From: Candidatus Tayloriibacteriota bacterium
GTDB lineage: Bacteria > Patescibacteriota > Minisyncoccia > Phycocordibacterales > HO2-43-120
Assembly: GCA_039934295.1 (NCBI GenBank)
Contig: JBDTMN010000003.1
Coordinates: 10,625 to 74,624 of the forward strand
Reading direction: 5' to 3'
Length of the DNA stretch: 64,000 nucleotides
Shown: positions 1-8,688 of the stretch, one piece after another
Position numbering within the stretch: the stretch's first letter is position 1
How the letters are laid out: each line of letters begins with the position of its first letter
Notes under the pieces: model-generated
What the model saw: the letters and a program-made list of their open reading frames with translations, nothing else
Database searches by the model: none
What the model was told of the DNA's origin: nothing
Translations under genes and position numbers: made by a program

Positions 1-818
1 CAATATCTGACAGCCGTCTCTCGGTCTGTTGAATGGTCATTACCAATAATTATTGCCGTTGTGTCTGGATGATATTTAAGAGCCGTAGCCAGTACTGCGG
101 TACTATCTATTCCGCCACTCAAATAAACGGCAACGGGTAAATCGGTTTGCGTTCTGATTTTTATCGAATGGTCAAAAAGTTCTCGAATTTTATCAACGGC
201 GATTTTCTCTGTAATATTTTCATCAATTTTTGCGTCAATCGAGAAATATTTTTTCAATTTTCCATTGTCCATCAAATGTCCGGCCGGAAAAAGATTGGCA
301 GTTTTTAGTTCCTCAAAGTCCACCAGCGATTTTATTTCAGAGGCAAAATAATAATTTTCGTTTCCATCTATTGCCCAATATAAAGGTTTCACTCCGAACG
401 AGTCTCGGGCGGCAAAGAATGTTCCATCTTTGCTGTCATAAATAAAAAACGCAAACATCCCGCTTATTTTCTCTAAAAGTTTTTCTTTCCATTCCGCGTA
501 GCCGTTCACTAGCACCTCAGTATCTGAATCAGTAGAGAACGAATAGCCTATTTCTTTTAGCTCTTTTTGTAAATCCTTAAAGTTATAAATCTCTCCATTA
601 AAAACAATGTGGTATCTACCGTCCGACGAAGAAATCGGTTGTTTCCCTTTTTCCCGATCAACAATAGCGAGGCGATTCATTCCGAGAACGCAGACTCCAA
701 AATCCGCACTTTCGTTGAAGTATTTTTGTTCTCCGCGATGAGCAATTGGCGCCAGCATTGCTTTAAGCCGACCACTCTCCTGCTTTTTTTTTCCGATGAT
801 TGCTGCTATTCCGCACAT
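1..818 (-). CDS. asnB: Asparagine synthase (glutamine-hydrolysing), N-terminal part; gene continues beyond the window start
   Basis: Minus-strand translation from ATG at 818 begins MCGIAAIIGKK (N-terminal Cys glutaminase) and contains the SGGIDSTAV PP-loop motif. Not in the ORF track because it runs off the edge. Confidence 0.8.
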   Translation of the reverse strand, partial: MCGIAAIIGKKKQESGRLKAMLAPIAHRGEQKYFNESADFGVCVLGMNRLAIVDREKGKQPISSSDGRYHIVFNGEIYNFKDLQKELKEIGYSFSTDSDTEVLVNGYAEWKEKLLEKISGMFAFFIYDSKDGTFFAARDSFGVKPLYWAIDGNENYYFASEIKSLVDFEELKTANLFPAGHLMDNGKLKKYFSIDAKIDENITEKIAVDKIRELFDHSIKIRTQTDLPVAVYLSGGIDSTAVLATALKYHPDTTAIIIGNDHSTDRETAVRY

Positions 819-846
819 AAATGATTTCAGTTGGTTTTTATTGCTG

Positions 847-881
847 TGGGCGTGGAGAGACTCGAACTCTCAAGAAAAGTG
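847..881 (-). pseudogene. tRNA 3' fragment (T-arm GAGAG-TTCGAGT-CTCTC plus acceptor strand CACGCCC-A) with no cognate 5' half adjacent
   Basis: Revcomp of 847-871 folds as a canonical T-arm plus a 7-nt acceptor 3' strand. That strand is exactly complementary to GGGCGTG at 1675-1681. Confidence 0.5.
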
Positions 882-882
882 T

Positions 883-965
883 GTCGGAGGGGGGACTTGA
901 ACCCCCATGAGCGTGAGCTCACAGCGCCCTGAACGCTGCGTGTCTGCCAATTTCACCACTCCGAC
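883..965 (-). tRNA. tRNA-Leu(CAG), type II with long variable arm
   Basis: Revcomp GTCGGAG..CTCCGACA has a perfect 7-bp acceptor and a D-arm with GG. Anticodon stem CAGCG/CGCTG, loop TTCAGGG (anticodon CAG), variable stem-loop GAGC-TCAC-GCTC, T-arm GGGGG-TTCAAGT-CCCCC. Confidence 0.85.
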
Positions 966-1617
966 GAAACTTTATCTCCTCCAAAGACCTCATTATTTTA
1001 AGTCTTTTTCGTTCTAAACATACTACTGCTTTACGATAATACATCTTTTTTGCGATAATTTCTGCCTCTCGTTTGGAAAACTTAAGTTGAACATTTGTAG
1101 AATCTCGTTTTCTACTTATGAAGCCGTGCAAACTTGCATATGTATTCAATCGCCCTCTTAACCAGCAAAAATATTTTTCGCTGCCAGAGGCAAATGAAAT
1201 ATAGAAGCGAAAGCTATCTTTCCATACTGGATCATAATATGAGTAACTACATCCGTCCCCATCAAAATAGCCACGGAGGAAATCAAAAAAATATTTCTTA
1301 GGAACCAGTATAGCAGATAAAATCTTCGACTTTGCGGGCATCAGACCAATTTTCAAAAGAAATCTATAGAATAAGACGTCACTAAATTGTATATAATAGG
1401 ACAAGTTTCCTTCCCCAGACAATTTTTTGCAAATCTTCATTTTAATTCCAAGACAGGCATTGAAAGCTGAGAGCAGTTCCTTGTCTTTAGAAGTTAGTAC
1501 AATATGCCTGCCATCTTTTGAAAGACATCCATCAGAAACTATTAACCCTATCGCGTAGGCAAAATTAGAGGACCATTTGATAAAAACACTACCTTTAGGT
1601 TTTGGTCCACTTTTCAT
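919..1617 (-). CDS. LAGLIDADG-family homing endonuclease (two-motif type); C-terminal ~15 codons overlap the tRNA-Leu and are probably not real
   Basis: Two LAGLIDADG-type motifs: AIGLIVSDGCL and LRGYFDGDGC, with the right spacing for a single-chain LAGLIDADG enzyme. Confidence 0.75.
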   Translation of the reverse strand: MKSGPKPKGSVFIKWSSNFAYAIGLIVSDGCLSKDGRHIVLTSKDKELLSAFNACLGIKMKICKKLSGEGNLSYYIQFSDVLFYRFLLKIGLMPAKSKILSAILVPKKYFFDFLRGYFDGDGCSYSYYDPVWKDSFRFYISFASGSEKYFCWLRGRLNTYASLHGFISRKRDSTNVQLKFSKREAEIIAKKMYYRKAVVCLERKRLKIMRSLEEIKFRRSGEIGRHAAFRAL

Positions 1618-1643
1618 TCATTCAATTATAGCAACTAAATAAC

Positions 1644-1681
1644 ACTGAAACAATAGCGTATACCAATTCCGCCACACGCCC
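1644..1681 (-). pseudogene. tRNA-Leu-like 5' half (acceptor GGGCGTG, D-arm GGCGGAATTGGTATACGC, loop TTCAG..) with a degenerate anticodon stem, truncated by the downstream HEG insertion
   Basis: Revcomp GGGCGTGTGGCGGAATTGGTATACGC.. closely resembles the bacterial tRNA-Leu 5' half. Its acceptor pairs with the fragment at 848-854. Confidence 0.45.
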
Positions 1682-1690
1682 AAAATATTT

Positions 1691-2251
1691 TCACTTCAAC
1701 CCCTTACAATTCGCCGCGGGGGTATAGCCGGCTTTCCGAGCCTCTTCGACGGACGCAAACCAGATTTTATTTTCTTCTTTGATTCTCTGCGCTCCCGAGC
1801 ACCAAGGGAAATGGTATTTGTCCCCGCTCTTCGCTCCCACGAGCATGCCCGCTTGGGGCACTGCTTTGGGTATTGCCGAGACAACCGCCGCACTCAAATT
1901 TGCATTCACCACTCCCTGGGGAGATGCGACAGGAGAAGACGCGGGTGCCTCCGGAGAGGGTTGCGGTGAAGGAGTTGCGACGGCTGTTTCGGAATTGAGA
2001 ATACGAACCGGCGCTCTCCCGCTTTCAATTTTAGAAAGCTGGCCTAAGCCATACGAGCCCGTGCCCACCAAAAAAATAATCCCGATAGTTAAAATATCTT
2101 TCCTGTTCTCGCTCCAAAATTTCCCTCCCGCATTCACGCCTCGGGAAGCCCCGTCTTTAGGGTAATACTTCTCGACTTCATCATACGAAATCTCCTCAAA
2201 TTCAGTATCTGACTCGGACTTGTTTTTTTCTCGCTCTTTTGATATGCTCAT
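1691..2251 (-). CDS. Membrane-anchored protein with Pro/Ala-rich linker and C-terminal Ada-like Zn-binding-type domain
   Basis: N-terminal TM segment, then APxxP linker. C-terminus YHFPWCSGAQRIKEENKIWFASVEEARKAGYTPAANCKG resembles the Ada_Zn_binding pattern (C..F.S..EA..AGY.P...C). Confidence 0.4.
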   Translation of the reverse strand: MSISKEREKNKSESDTEFEEISYDEVEKYYPKDGASRGVNAGGKFWSENRKDILTIGIIFLVGTGSYGLGQLSKIESGRAPVRILNSETAVATPSPQPSPEAPASSPVASPQGVVNANLSAAVVSAIPKAVPQAGMLVGAKSGDKYHFPWCSGAQRIKEENKIWFASVEEARKAGYTPAANCKGLK

Positions 2252-2352
2252 TGTTCACAGTATAGATGGAATGTCTCAAGATTTCAATCGATTTCATATC
2301 TTGTCTTTCCTAGCACCTGACACCTTAAACCTAACACCTTACACCTACCCAT

Positions 2353-2625
2353 ATGGCCACCAAAAAAGCCGGCGGATCAGCCAAAAACCTAACAGATTCA
2401 AATGCTCAATATCTGGGCATCAAGCTCTATGGAGGCGAAGTCGCCCAAATAGGCTCTATCATCGTGCGCCAGCGCGGGACTCGAATCATGCCAGGTAAAA
2501 ACGTCGGCATAGGAAAAGACCATACTCTTTTTGCCCTTAAAGAAGGAAAAGTTGAATTCGGCTCAAAAAGAAAAGTGGGATTCAATAACAAGACTCAAGT
2601 CAAGAAAGTCGTTCATGTAAAATAA
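2353..2625 (+). CDS. rpmA: 50S ribosomal protein L27
   Basis: GGSAKN.. / [23 protein letters not shown] are L27 signature motifs. Confidence 0.9.
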   Translation: MATKKAGGSAKNLTDSNAQYLGIKLYGGEVAQIGSIIVRQRGTRIMPGKNVGIGKDHTLFALKEGKVEFGSKRKVGFNNKTQVKKVVHVK

Positions 2626-2732
2626 CGCCCTCCTAAATCATCCGCTCAAAGCGGATGATCGGACGAACAAAATCCCGTTTCTACGGGATTTTGTTTTAGA
2701 CAAGGCTTTTTCCCGAGAGATACTCACTCTAA

Positions 2733-2775
2733 CGTCAAAAGAATCGTCCGCCTAGGCGGACGATTCTTTTTTTTG
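2733..2775. terminator. Bidirectional rho-independent terminator between convergent rpmA and rplI
   Basis: agaatcgtccgcc-tag-gcggacgattct hairpin followed by a T-run (and an A-run on the other strand). Confidence 0.6.
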
Positions 2776-2776
2776 A

Positions 2777-3220
2777 TTACTCTGCGACAACCTTTAGATT
2801 TATCTTAATATTTTTCTCTCCCGCCTTCACTTCAATCGTATGATCCCCCAGCTCTTTGATGGGCTTGTCATAGATGAGGCGCTCGGGGACAATCTCTACT
2901 CCCGCGCGCTCTTTGAGAAGCAAGACGATTTCGTCTTTGTGAATCGATGCGAACAGATGTCCTTTTTCACTCGCCTTTCGTTTCATTTCTAACGTCATTC
3001 CTTGAATCGCTTCCAAACTTCCCGCAATTTTCTCTTCCGTTTTCTTTTTTCTCTCCGTGTCTTCCGCTTTTTCTTTCTCAATTTTTTTAATTGCGGAAGG
3101 GGTCGCCACTTGAACAAACCCTTTCGGAATCAGAAAATTCAAAGCGTGCCCCGAAGACACCTCTTTTATATCAAATTTTTTACCGAGCTTCGGAACATCC
3201 GATAGTAGAATTACTTTCAT
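2777..3220 (-). CDS. rplI: 50S ribosomal protein L9
   Basis: MKVILLSDVPKLGKKFDIKEVSSGHALNFLIPKGFV is the L9 N-domain. Likely start at the internal Met (ORF track begins 3235). Confidence 0.85.
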   Translation of the reverse strand: MKVILLSDVPKLGKKFDIKEVSSGHALNFLIPKGFVQVATPSAIKKIEKEKAEDTERKKKTEEKIAGSLEAIQGMTLEMKRKASEKGHLFASIHKDEIVLLLKERAGVEIVPERLIYDKPIKELGDHTIEVKAGEKNIKINLKVVAE

Positions 3221-3314
3221 TTTTGTGCGATGCAAATCAACGAATACATGCGAATCTGCGAATGAGAAATTTCATTCGTATCATTCGCACAATTCGTATA
3301 TTCGCATCGTGTTG

Positions 3315-4529
3315 TTATTTCAATAGTTCCACCGCCTTATCCATCTGCAGATCTTTGTCCGCCTTGATATCGTCTTCAGACATTTTCACTTCATAGTCCG
3401 GCGTGAGTCCTCCCTCTGAAATCGATTTTCCGTTAGGGGTAAGCCACTTGGCAATCGTAATCTTCAAATTTGTGTCGGGAGTAATTTTGACCAGCTCCTG
3501 CACAGAGCCTTTGCCGAACGTTTTCGTGCCTACAAGCTTGGCAATGCCATGTTCCTGTAGCGCTCCTGCGAGAATCTCCGAGGCCGAAGCCGAACCCTCA
3601 TCGACAAGCACAATCATCTTGAATGTGTTCCCGAACGTGTACCTGCCGTCGCTTCGGTATATATTTTCTTCCTGCTTTCCGCCAAAATCTTCTCTCACTA
3701 TCACCTTGCCTTTCGGCACAAACCAGCTTGCCATATCCACCGAAGCATCCAAATATCCGCCGGGATTTCCCCGAAGATCAAGAATGAGCTTGTTACTTTT
3801 CGTTTTAACAAAATCAGAAATTGCCTTATTGAACAAATTCGGCGAGACTGCGGAGAAATTGTAGAGCTGTATCACATAGATGCCGTCCTTGCGCAATTCC
3901 TTATCAATCGTTGGAATGGTAATCACATCCCGCATTACTTTCACCTCAAATGAGCCACTCTTGCCTTCGCGGATAAGGGTGAGCGTCACAGCTGTTCCCT
4001 TCGGCCCCCGAATCAATAGCACTGCTTTGTCCACGCTCAAGTCCGAAGCGACGGTATCATCGATTTTGATAATTTTGTCTCCAGCTTTTATTCCAGCTTT
4101 TTCAGCAGGGTTGCCTTTCAGAGGAGCGATGACGGTGAGCATTTCGTCTCGGATTCCGACTTCCATTCCCACTCCTTCAAAATTTCCGCTAATTTCGGTC
4201 TCGAAAGATTTTGCCTCTTCGGGTGGCATGAAAACAGTGTACGGGTCTCCCAAAGATTTCGCCAAGCCGGAAATCGCTCCCCAGACTTTTTCCTGGTCGG
4301 TGACTTTGTTCGGGGTCACATATTTCTCATTGATTACGTCCCACACTTTCCAAAAAGGCGCAAAATCAGCGGAAGTGGTGGAGGCAAGAGCTTGTTTTCC
4401 TGATAGTGAAAATAGGGAGTCTATTGGGGAATAATTGGCATGTCCAGCATACACCCCGCCCATAAAAGCGGCGCCGGTCAAAACCGCTACCGAAATAATG
4501 AGATACCGTGTCTGCTTAAATAGGTTCAT
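3315..4529 (-). CDS. ctpA: Carboxyl-terminal processing protease (S41 peptidase with PDZ domain)
   Basis: N-terminal TM, PDZ-like region, and S41 catalytic motif LDLRGNPGGYLDASV. Confidence 0.8.
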   Translation of the reverse strand: MNLFKQTRYLIISVAVLTGAAFMGGVYAGHANYSPIDSLFSLSGKQALASTTSADFAPFWKVWDVINEKYVTPNKVTDQEKVWGAISGLAKSLGDPYTVFMPPEEAKSFETEISGNFEGVGMEVGIRDEMLTVIAPLKGNPAEKAGIKAGDKIIKIDDTVASDLSVDKAVLLIRGPKGTAVTLTLIREGKSGSFEVKVMRDVITIPTIDKELRKDGIYVIQLYNFSAVSPNLFNKAISDFVKTKSNKLILDLRGNPGGYLDASVDMASWFVPKGKVIVREDFGGKQEENIYRSDGRYTFGNTFKMIVLVDEGSASASEILAGALQEHGIAKLVGTKTFGKGSVQELVKITPDTNLKITIAKWLTPNGKSISEGGLTPDYEVKMSEDDIKADKDLQMDKAVELLK

Positions 4530-4838
4530 GTCGTCATTATTGCAAAAATAAGTCTGGCGGTCAAATATCGTTCGAATTTTCTTTTTAAAAGCACGTATAA
4601 AATTCTGCTGAATTTTTACTCCGCTCGGCTCGTGCCGATGGGATAGGCATCGGCACCTGTAGACGGCACCCTGCGCAAGGCTTTAAAAAAGAAAATTCTC
4701 ACTCTTACGGTTGGGTCAAACTTGCAAGAAAGGAGTGAGCGCTTGGCAGGTAACGCGTATAGTAAGAGGGAGGAATATTTTCAGACGTTACACGTTACAC
4801 GTTTTGCGTTATACTTTGACATACTTTACACTTTCCCT

Positions 4839-6323
4839 ATGTCCCTCTATCTCCACAACACTTTATCGGGAAAAAAAGAGCTATTCTCGCCAATAAAAAA
4901 AGGAGCGGTTTCTTTGTACTCCTGTGGGCCGACCGTCTACAACTTCGCGCACATTGGCAATCTGCGTTCGTATGTTTTTGCAGACACCTTGAGAAGAGTT
5001 TTGGAATATAACGGAAACAAGGTAAAACACGTGATGAACATAACCGACGTCGGACATCTCACGGGAGACGGAGACGACGGTGATGACAAAATGGTGAAAG
5101 CCCTGAAGCGCGAAGGCAAACCCTTCACGTTAGTGGCGATGCGAGAGATTGCCGATTTTTATGCTGAAGCGTTCAAGCAAGATCTTACGAAACTAAACAT
5201 TCAAATTCCGAAAACCTTGGAGTTTGCGAGCGACCACATCAAAGAAGATATTGAGCTCGTGAAAAAACTTGAAGAAAAAGGGTTCGCCTACAAAACAAAG
5301 GATGGAATATATTTTGACACCGGCAAATTTCCTTCCTACGGCAAGCTCGGCAACATCAATCTCGAGGGACAGAAAGCCGGCGCGCGAGTTGCCGTCAATC
5401 CGGAAAAGAAAAATCCTGCCGATTTTTCTCTTTGGAAATTCGGCACGCACGGAATTGGGACTATTCCAAACAATAAGAACGTCTTAGGCTGGGAGAGCCC
5501 TTGGGGCGTGGGTTTTCCCGGTTGGCATATCGAGTGCTCCGCCATGTCTAGTCACTATTTTGGTCAACCTTTTGATATCCATACTGGAGGTATCGACCAT
5601 ATTCCAGTTCACCACAACAACGAGATTGCCCAATCAGAAGCCGCGTATGGTGTGCCCCTCGCTCATTATTGGCTTCACAATGCTTTCTTGAATGTCACAT
5701 CGGGCCCGGCCGTCGCCAAAAGCTCTGGCGAGGTAAAAAAAATGGCGAAATCTGGGGAAAATTTTTTGACCCTGAAAAAAATGCAAGATGAGCACGATAT
5801 TAGTCCGCTCGCCTATCGCTTCTGGTTGCTTACCGCTCATTACCGAAAAGGAATAGAGTGGAGCGCGGAAGCGGTCAAGGCCTCGCAGGTTTTTTATGAA
5901 AAAATTCTTAATTTTTATCTTTCATTACAAGCCATCAAAAAAGGAAAAGCTGACGCTGATTTGCAAAAGAAATTTGAGACAGCGATAAATGACGACATGA
6001 ATACCGCAGAAGCAATCGCGCTTATCCCAAAATTGATTTCTTCGACCTCAATCGCGCCAGAAGACAAAAAAGCCACACTCGAAGATTTCGACAGGGTGCT
6101 CGGACTCAATTTAAAAAATGAGATGCGTAAGGAAGTGGTTCTTCCGTCAGATGTCGAGAAGCTGAAAGAGGAAAGAGAGCTCGCCAGAAAAAACAAAGAT
6201 TGGAAAAACGCCGATATGTTGAGGGGAAAAATTGAGGCGTTAGGATTTTCCGTAATCGATGTCGAAGAAGGTTCGATAATGAAAAAGAAAGCTACTTCCT
6301 CGAAACCAAAATTGATTCGGTAA
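4839..6323 (+). CDS. cysS: Cysteine--tRNA ligase
   Basis: HIGN (HIGH) and KMAKSGENF (KMSKS) motifs. The N-terminus MSLYLHNTLSGKKELF matches the CysRS start. The ORF-track start at 4722 lies in a probable leader. Confidence 0.9.
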   Translation: MSLYLHNTLSGKKELFSPIKKGAVSLYSCGPTVYNFAHIGNLRSYVFADTLRRVLEYNGNKVKHVMNITDVGHLTGDGDDGDDKMVKALKREGKPFTLVAMREIADFYAEAFKQDLTKLNIQIPKTLEFASDHIKEDIELVKKLEEKGFAYKTKDGIYFDTGKFPSYGKLGNINLEGQKAGARVAVNPEKKNPADFSLWKFGTHGIGTIPNNKNVLGWESPWGVGFPGWHIECSAMSSHYFGQPFDIHTGGIDHIPVHHNNEIAQSEAAYGVPLAHYWLHNAFLNVTSGPAVAKSSGEVKKMAKSGENFLTLKKMQDEHDISPLAYRFWLLTAHYRKGIEWSAEAVKASQVFYEKILNFYLSLQAIKKGKADADLQKKFETAINDDMNTAEAIALIPKLISSTSIAPEDKKATLEDFDRVLGLNLKNEMRKEVVLPSDVEKLKEERELARKNKDWKNADMLRGKIEALGFSVIDVEEGSIMKKKATSSKPKLIR

Positions 6324-6996
6324 TAATAAGATCTGCGGGCGAAGTTACAGGAATCCAAAAATCAGTTTCGACAATTTGGACAGGAAACTTCTTCGCAAGA
6401 AGTGCGACAGTTTGTGGCAGTCCCCATTCCGACCGCCCGGGCAACTTCACGAGCTTATATTCAAAAAAGGGCCGAGAAAGCACGTAGACGCCGGCATTAA
6501 TGAGATTCAACTTCCTGTCTTCGGTCGTTTGATTGCTGTCCTCGATGATATTTTTTAGCTTCCCTTCGGCATTTAAAACAATTCTTGCTCCCTGCTCGTT
6601 TTTCGATTTTCTCCTTTTTGCCAGCAATGCCCAGTCGTATAAAAGACATTTTTCCAAATCTTCCTTCGCGTATATATCATCTCCGTTCATCACCATAAAT
6701 TTTTTCTGGAGCAGATTTTTTGCTTCCCATAAAGCCCTCCCCGTTCCTTCCAATTTTTCCTGCACAACATATTGAATTTTTCTACCTAGAAACGAGTCGC
6801 CAAAATGCGCTCGAATCTGGTCTCCTTTGTAGCCGATGACAAAAATAATCTCCGTTACAGAATCGGGCAGTCTTTCAATTTTGTACTCGAGCAAATTTTT
6901 ATCACCGATTTTGAGCATCGGTTTCGGCGTTCCTTCCGTCAAATGATTCATCCTTGTGCCTCTGCCCGCAGCTAGTATTACAACTTGCATAATCAC
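6292..6996 (-). CDS. Sugar-phosphate nucleotidyltransferase (NTP_transferase family)
   Basis: N-terminal VVILAAGRGTRM G-x-G-T-R motif typical of glucose/mannose-1-phosphate nucleotidyltransferases. Confidence 0.6.
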   Translation of the reverse strand: MIMQVVILAAGRGTRMNHLTEGTPKPMLKIGDKNLLEYKIERLPDSVTEIIFVIGYKGDQIRAHFGDSFLGRKIQYVVQEKLEGTGRALWEAKNLLQKKFMVMNGDDIYAKEDLEKCLLYDWALLAKRRKSKNEQGARIVLNAEGKLKNIIEDSNQTTEDRKLNLINAGVYVLSRPFFEYKLVKLPGRSEWGLPQTVALLAKKFPVQIVETDFWIPVTSPADLIITESILVSRK

Positions 6997-7027
6997 AAAT
7001 AGTAGCAGAAAAAAAAGCTGTTAGCTA

Positions 7028-7103
7028 TTAGCTTTTAGCTTTGCTTGAATCGGCAGGAAGCTGACACCTAACACCTAACAGCTAACAGCTTCCCCTATCC
7101 CCA
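7028..7103. repeat. Family-3 AGCT-rich hairpin repeat (units agctgttagct / agctaacagct), copy between nucleotidyltransferase and dnaB
   Basis: Other copies at 46813-46890, 47070-47149 and 48299-48390. Confidence 0.6.
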
Positions 7104-7169
7104 CCTTACACACAGCTTATAAAGGTTTCCAAATTGTGGCACCTCGCGTGGCTGTGTTAAAATGCGTGA

Positions 7170-8552
7170 ATGGCGAACAGAAATGTAAAATCTCCTCTTC
7201 GAATTCCGCCTCAAAATATTGATTCCGAAAAAGCTCTTTTGGGTTCGATTATGTTGCGCCCTGAATCGATCAATGAAATTATTGACTTCATTCAGGACAG
7301 TTGTTTTTACGCCGAAAAGCATCGCATCATATTTCAAACAATGTTCGATCTCTTCCAGAAAAGCATACCGATTGACCTTCTCTCCATGTCTGCGCGATTG
7401 GGAGAAAACGGGAGACTCGAGAGCATCGGCGGAGCGAGCTACCTCGGAGAGCTCGTGAACTTCGTCCCCTCTTCGGCAAACATAAAGCATTACGCCGACA
7501 TCGTCCGCACCAAGTACATGATGCGCAATCTTATAGAGGCTTCCGACTACATTTCTTATTTGGGCTACGATGAAGCAACAGACCTCGAAGAGCTTCTTGA
7601 AAAAGCCGAGAAAAAGATTTATGAAGTCACCAATTATAGCGGAGCAAACAAATTCATCGCCTTGAAAGACGCCCTCGGAGAAGCGTGGGAGAGGCTTGAC
7701 CGTCTGCACAAATCGAAAGACGAGATGCGGGGAATCCCTACCGGATTCAAAGAGCTCGACAACAAGCTCGCGGGCTTTCAAAAATCCGATTTGATTATTC
7801 TTGCGGCACGGCCTAGTATGGGAAAGACTTCGCTCGCCCTAGACATTGCGAGACAAACAGCGATTTTACACAATACTCCAGTGTGTATCTTCTCTCTCGA
7901 GATGAGCTCGCAACAGCTCGTGGACCGAATGCTTGCCGCGGAGAGCCGGGTGGACGCGTGGAAGCTTCGCACGGGGAAACTCAACATCGAGTCTGAATTC
8001 GATAAAATCCGCGACTCGCTCGAGAAACTTTCCAAAGCGCCGATTTACATTGACGACCTTCCCGGCAATAACATTTTGAAGATGCGCTCGGTGGCAAGAC
8101 GCCTGAAAGCAGAGAAAGGTCTCGGGCTCGTGGTAGTCGATTATCTTCAACTCATGATGCCTACGAATTCGAGAAACAGTGACAACCTCGTCCAGCAGGT
8201 TACAGAAATTTCGAGGTCTTTGAAAAACATGGCGCGAGAACTTGATGTTCCCGTCCTTGCTCTCTCCCAGCTCTCCCGCGCGGTGGAACAAAGGGGCGGG
8301 TCGGGTCGGCCGAAACTTTCCGACCTTCGTGATTCGGGATCCATCGAACAAGATGCCGACGTCGTCATGTTCATTCACCGCGAAGATAAATACAACGAAA
8401 ATTCCGGAAAGCCCAATATCGCGCAGATACACATCGAAAAGCACCGAAATGGCCCGACGGGCTCGGTCGAGCTGTATTTCGACGATAAAAAAGCGACATT
8501 CTTGAGCATCGAGAAAGCGGAATTTGGAGAATTGTCGAATGATACGTTTTAA
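7170..8552 (+). CDS. dnaB: Replicative DNA helicase DnaB
   Basis: N-terminal DnaB domain (EKALLGSIM), Walker A ARPSMGKTSLAL, and RecA-like C-domain. No intein. Confidence 0.95.
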   Translation: MANRNVKSPLRIPPQNIDSEKALLGSIMLRPESINEIIDFIQDSCFYAEKHRIIFQTMFDLFQKSIPIDLLSMSARLGENGRLESIGGASYLGELVNFVPSSANIKHYADIVRTKYMMRNLIEASDYISYLGYDEATDLEELLEKAEKKIYEVTNYSGANKFIALKDALGEAWERLDRLHKSKDEMRGIPTGFKELDNKLAGFQKSDLIILAARPSMGKTSLALDIARQTAILHNTPVCIFSLEMSSQQLVDRMLAAESRVDAWKLRTGKLNIESEFDKIRDSLEKLSKAPIYIDDLPGNNILKMRSVARRLKAEKGLGLVVVDYLQLMMPTNSRNSDNLVQQVTEISRSLKNMARELDVPVLALSQLSRAVEQRGGSGRPKLSDLRDSGSIEQDADVVMFIHREDKYNENSGKPNIAQIHIEKHRNGPTGSVELYFDDKKATFLSIEKAEFGELSNDTF

Positions 8553-8688
8553 GTAAGCACGAAATTCGAATAGCGAAATTCGAAAAAATCCAAAAAATGA
8601 AAATGAAGAAATAATGAAATCCTCCTTGTTTTTTTAAATTTAGCTATTTTTCGGATTTCGGATTTCGTGCTTCGAATTTATTTAATCT

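Noticed and set aside
843-1690. Simple group I intron carrying the LAGLIDADG ORF inside a tRNA
   Set aside because: No R/S core elements and only ~35-40 nt of non-ORF sequence on each side; the insert also contains a complete second tRNA.
1696-2165. Small ORFs 1696-1893 (-) and 1779-2165 (+)
   Set aside because: Overlap the better-supported 1691-2251 gene in other frames or strands.
4722-4838. Upstream extension of cysS from the ORF-track start
   Set aside because: The sequence is not CysRS-like, contains the repeated palindromic DNA motif, and the canonical CysRS N-terminus starts at 4839.
7095-7781. 228-aa minus-strand ORF
   Set aside because: Fully overlaps dnaB on the opposite strand and has no motifs; dnaB is unambiguous.
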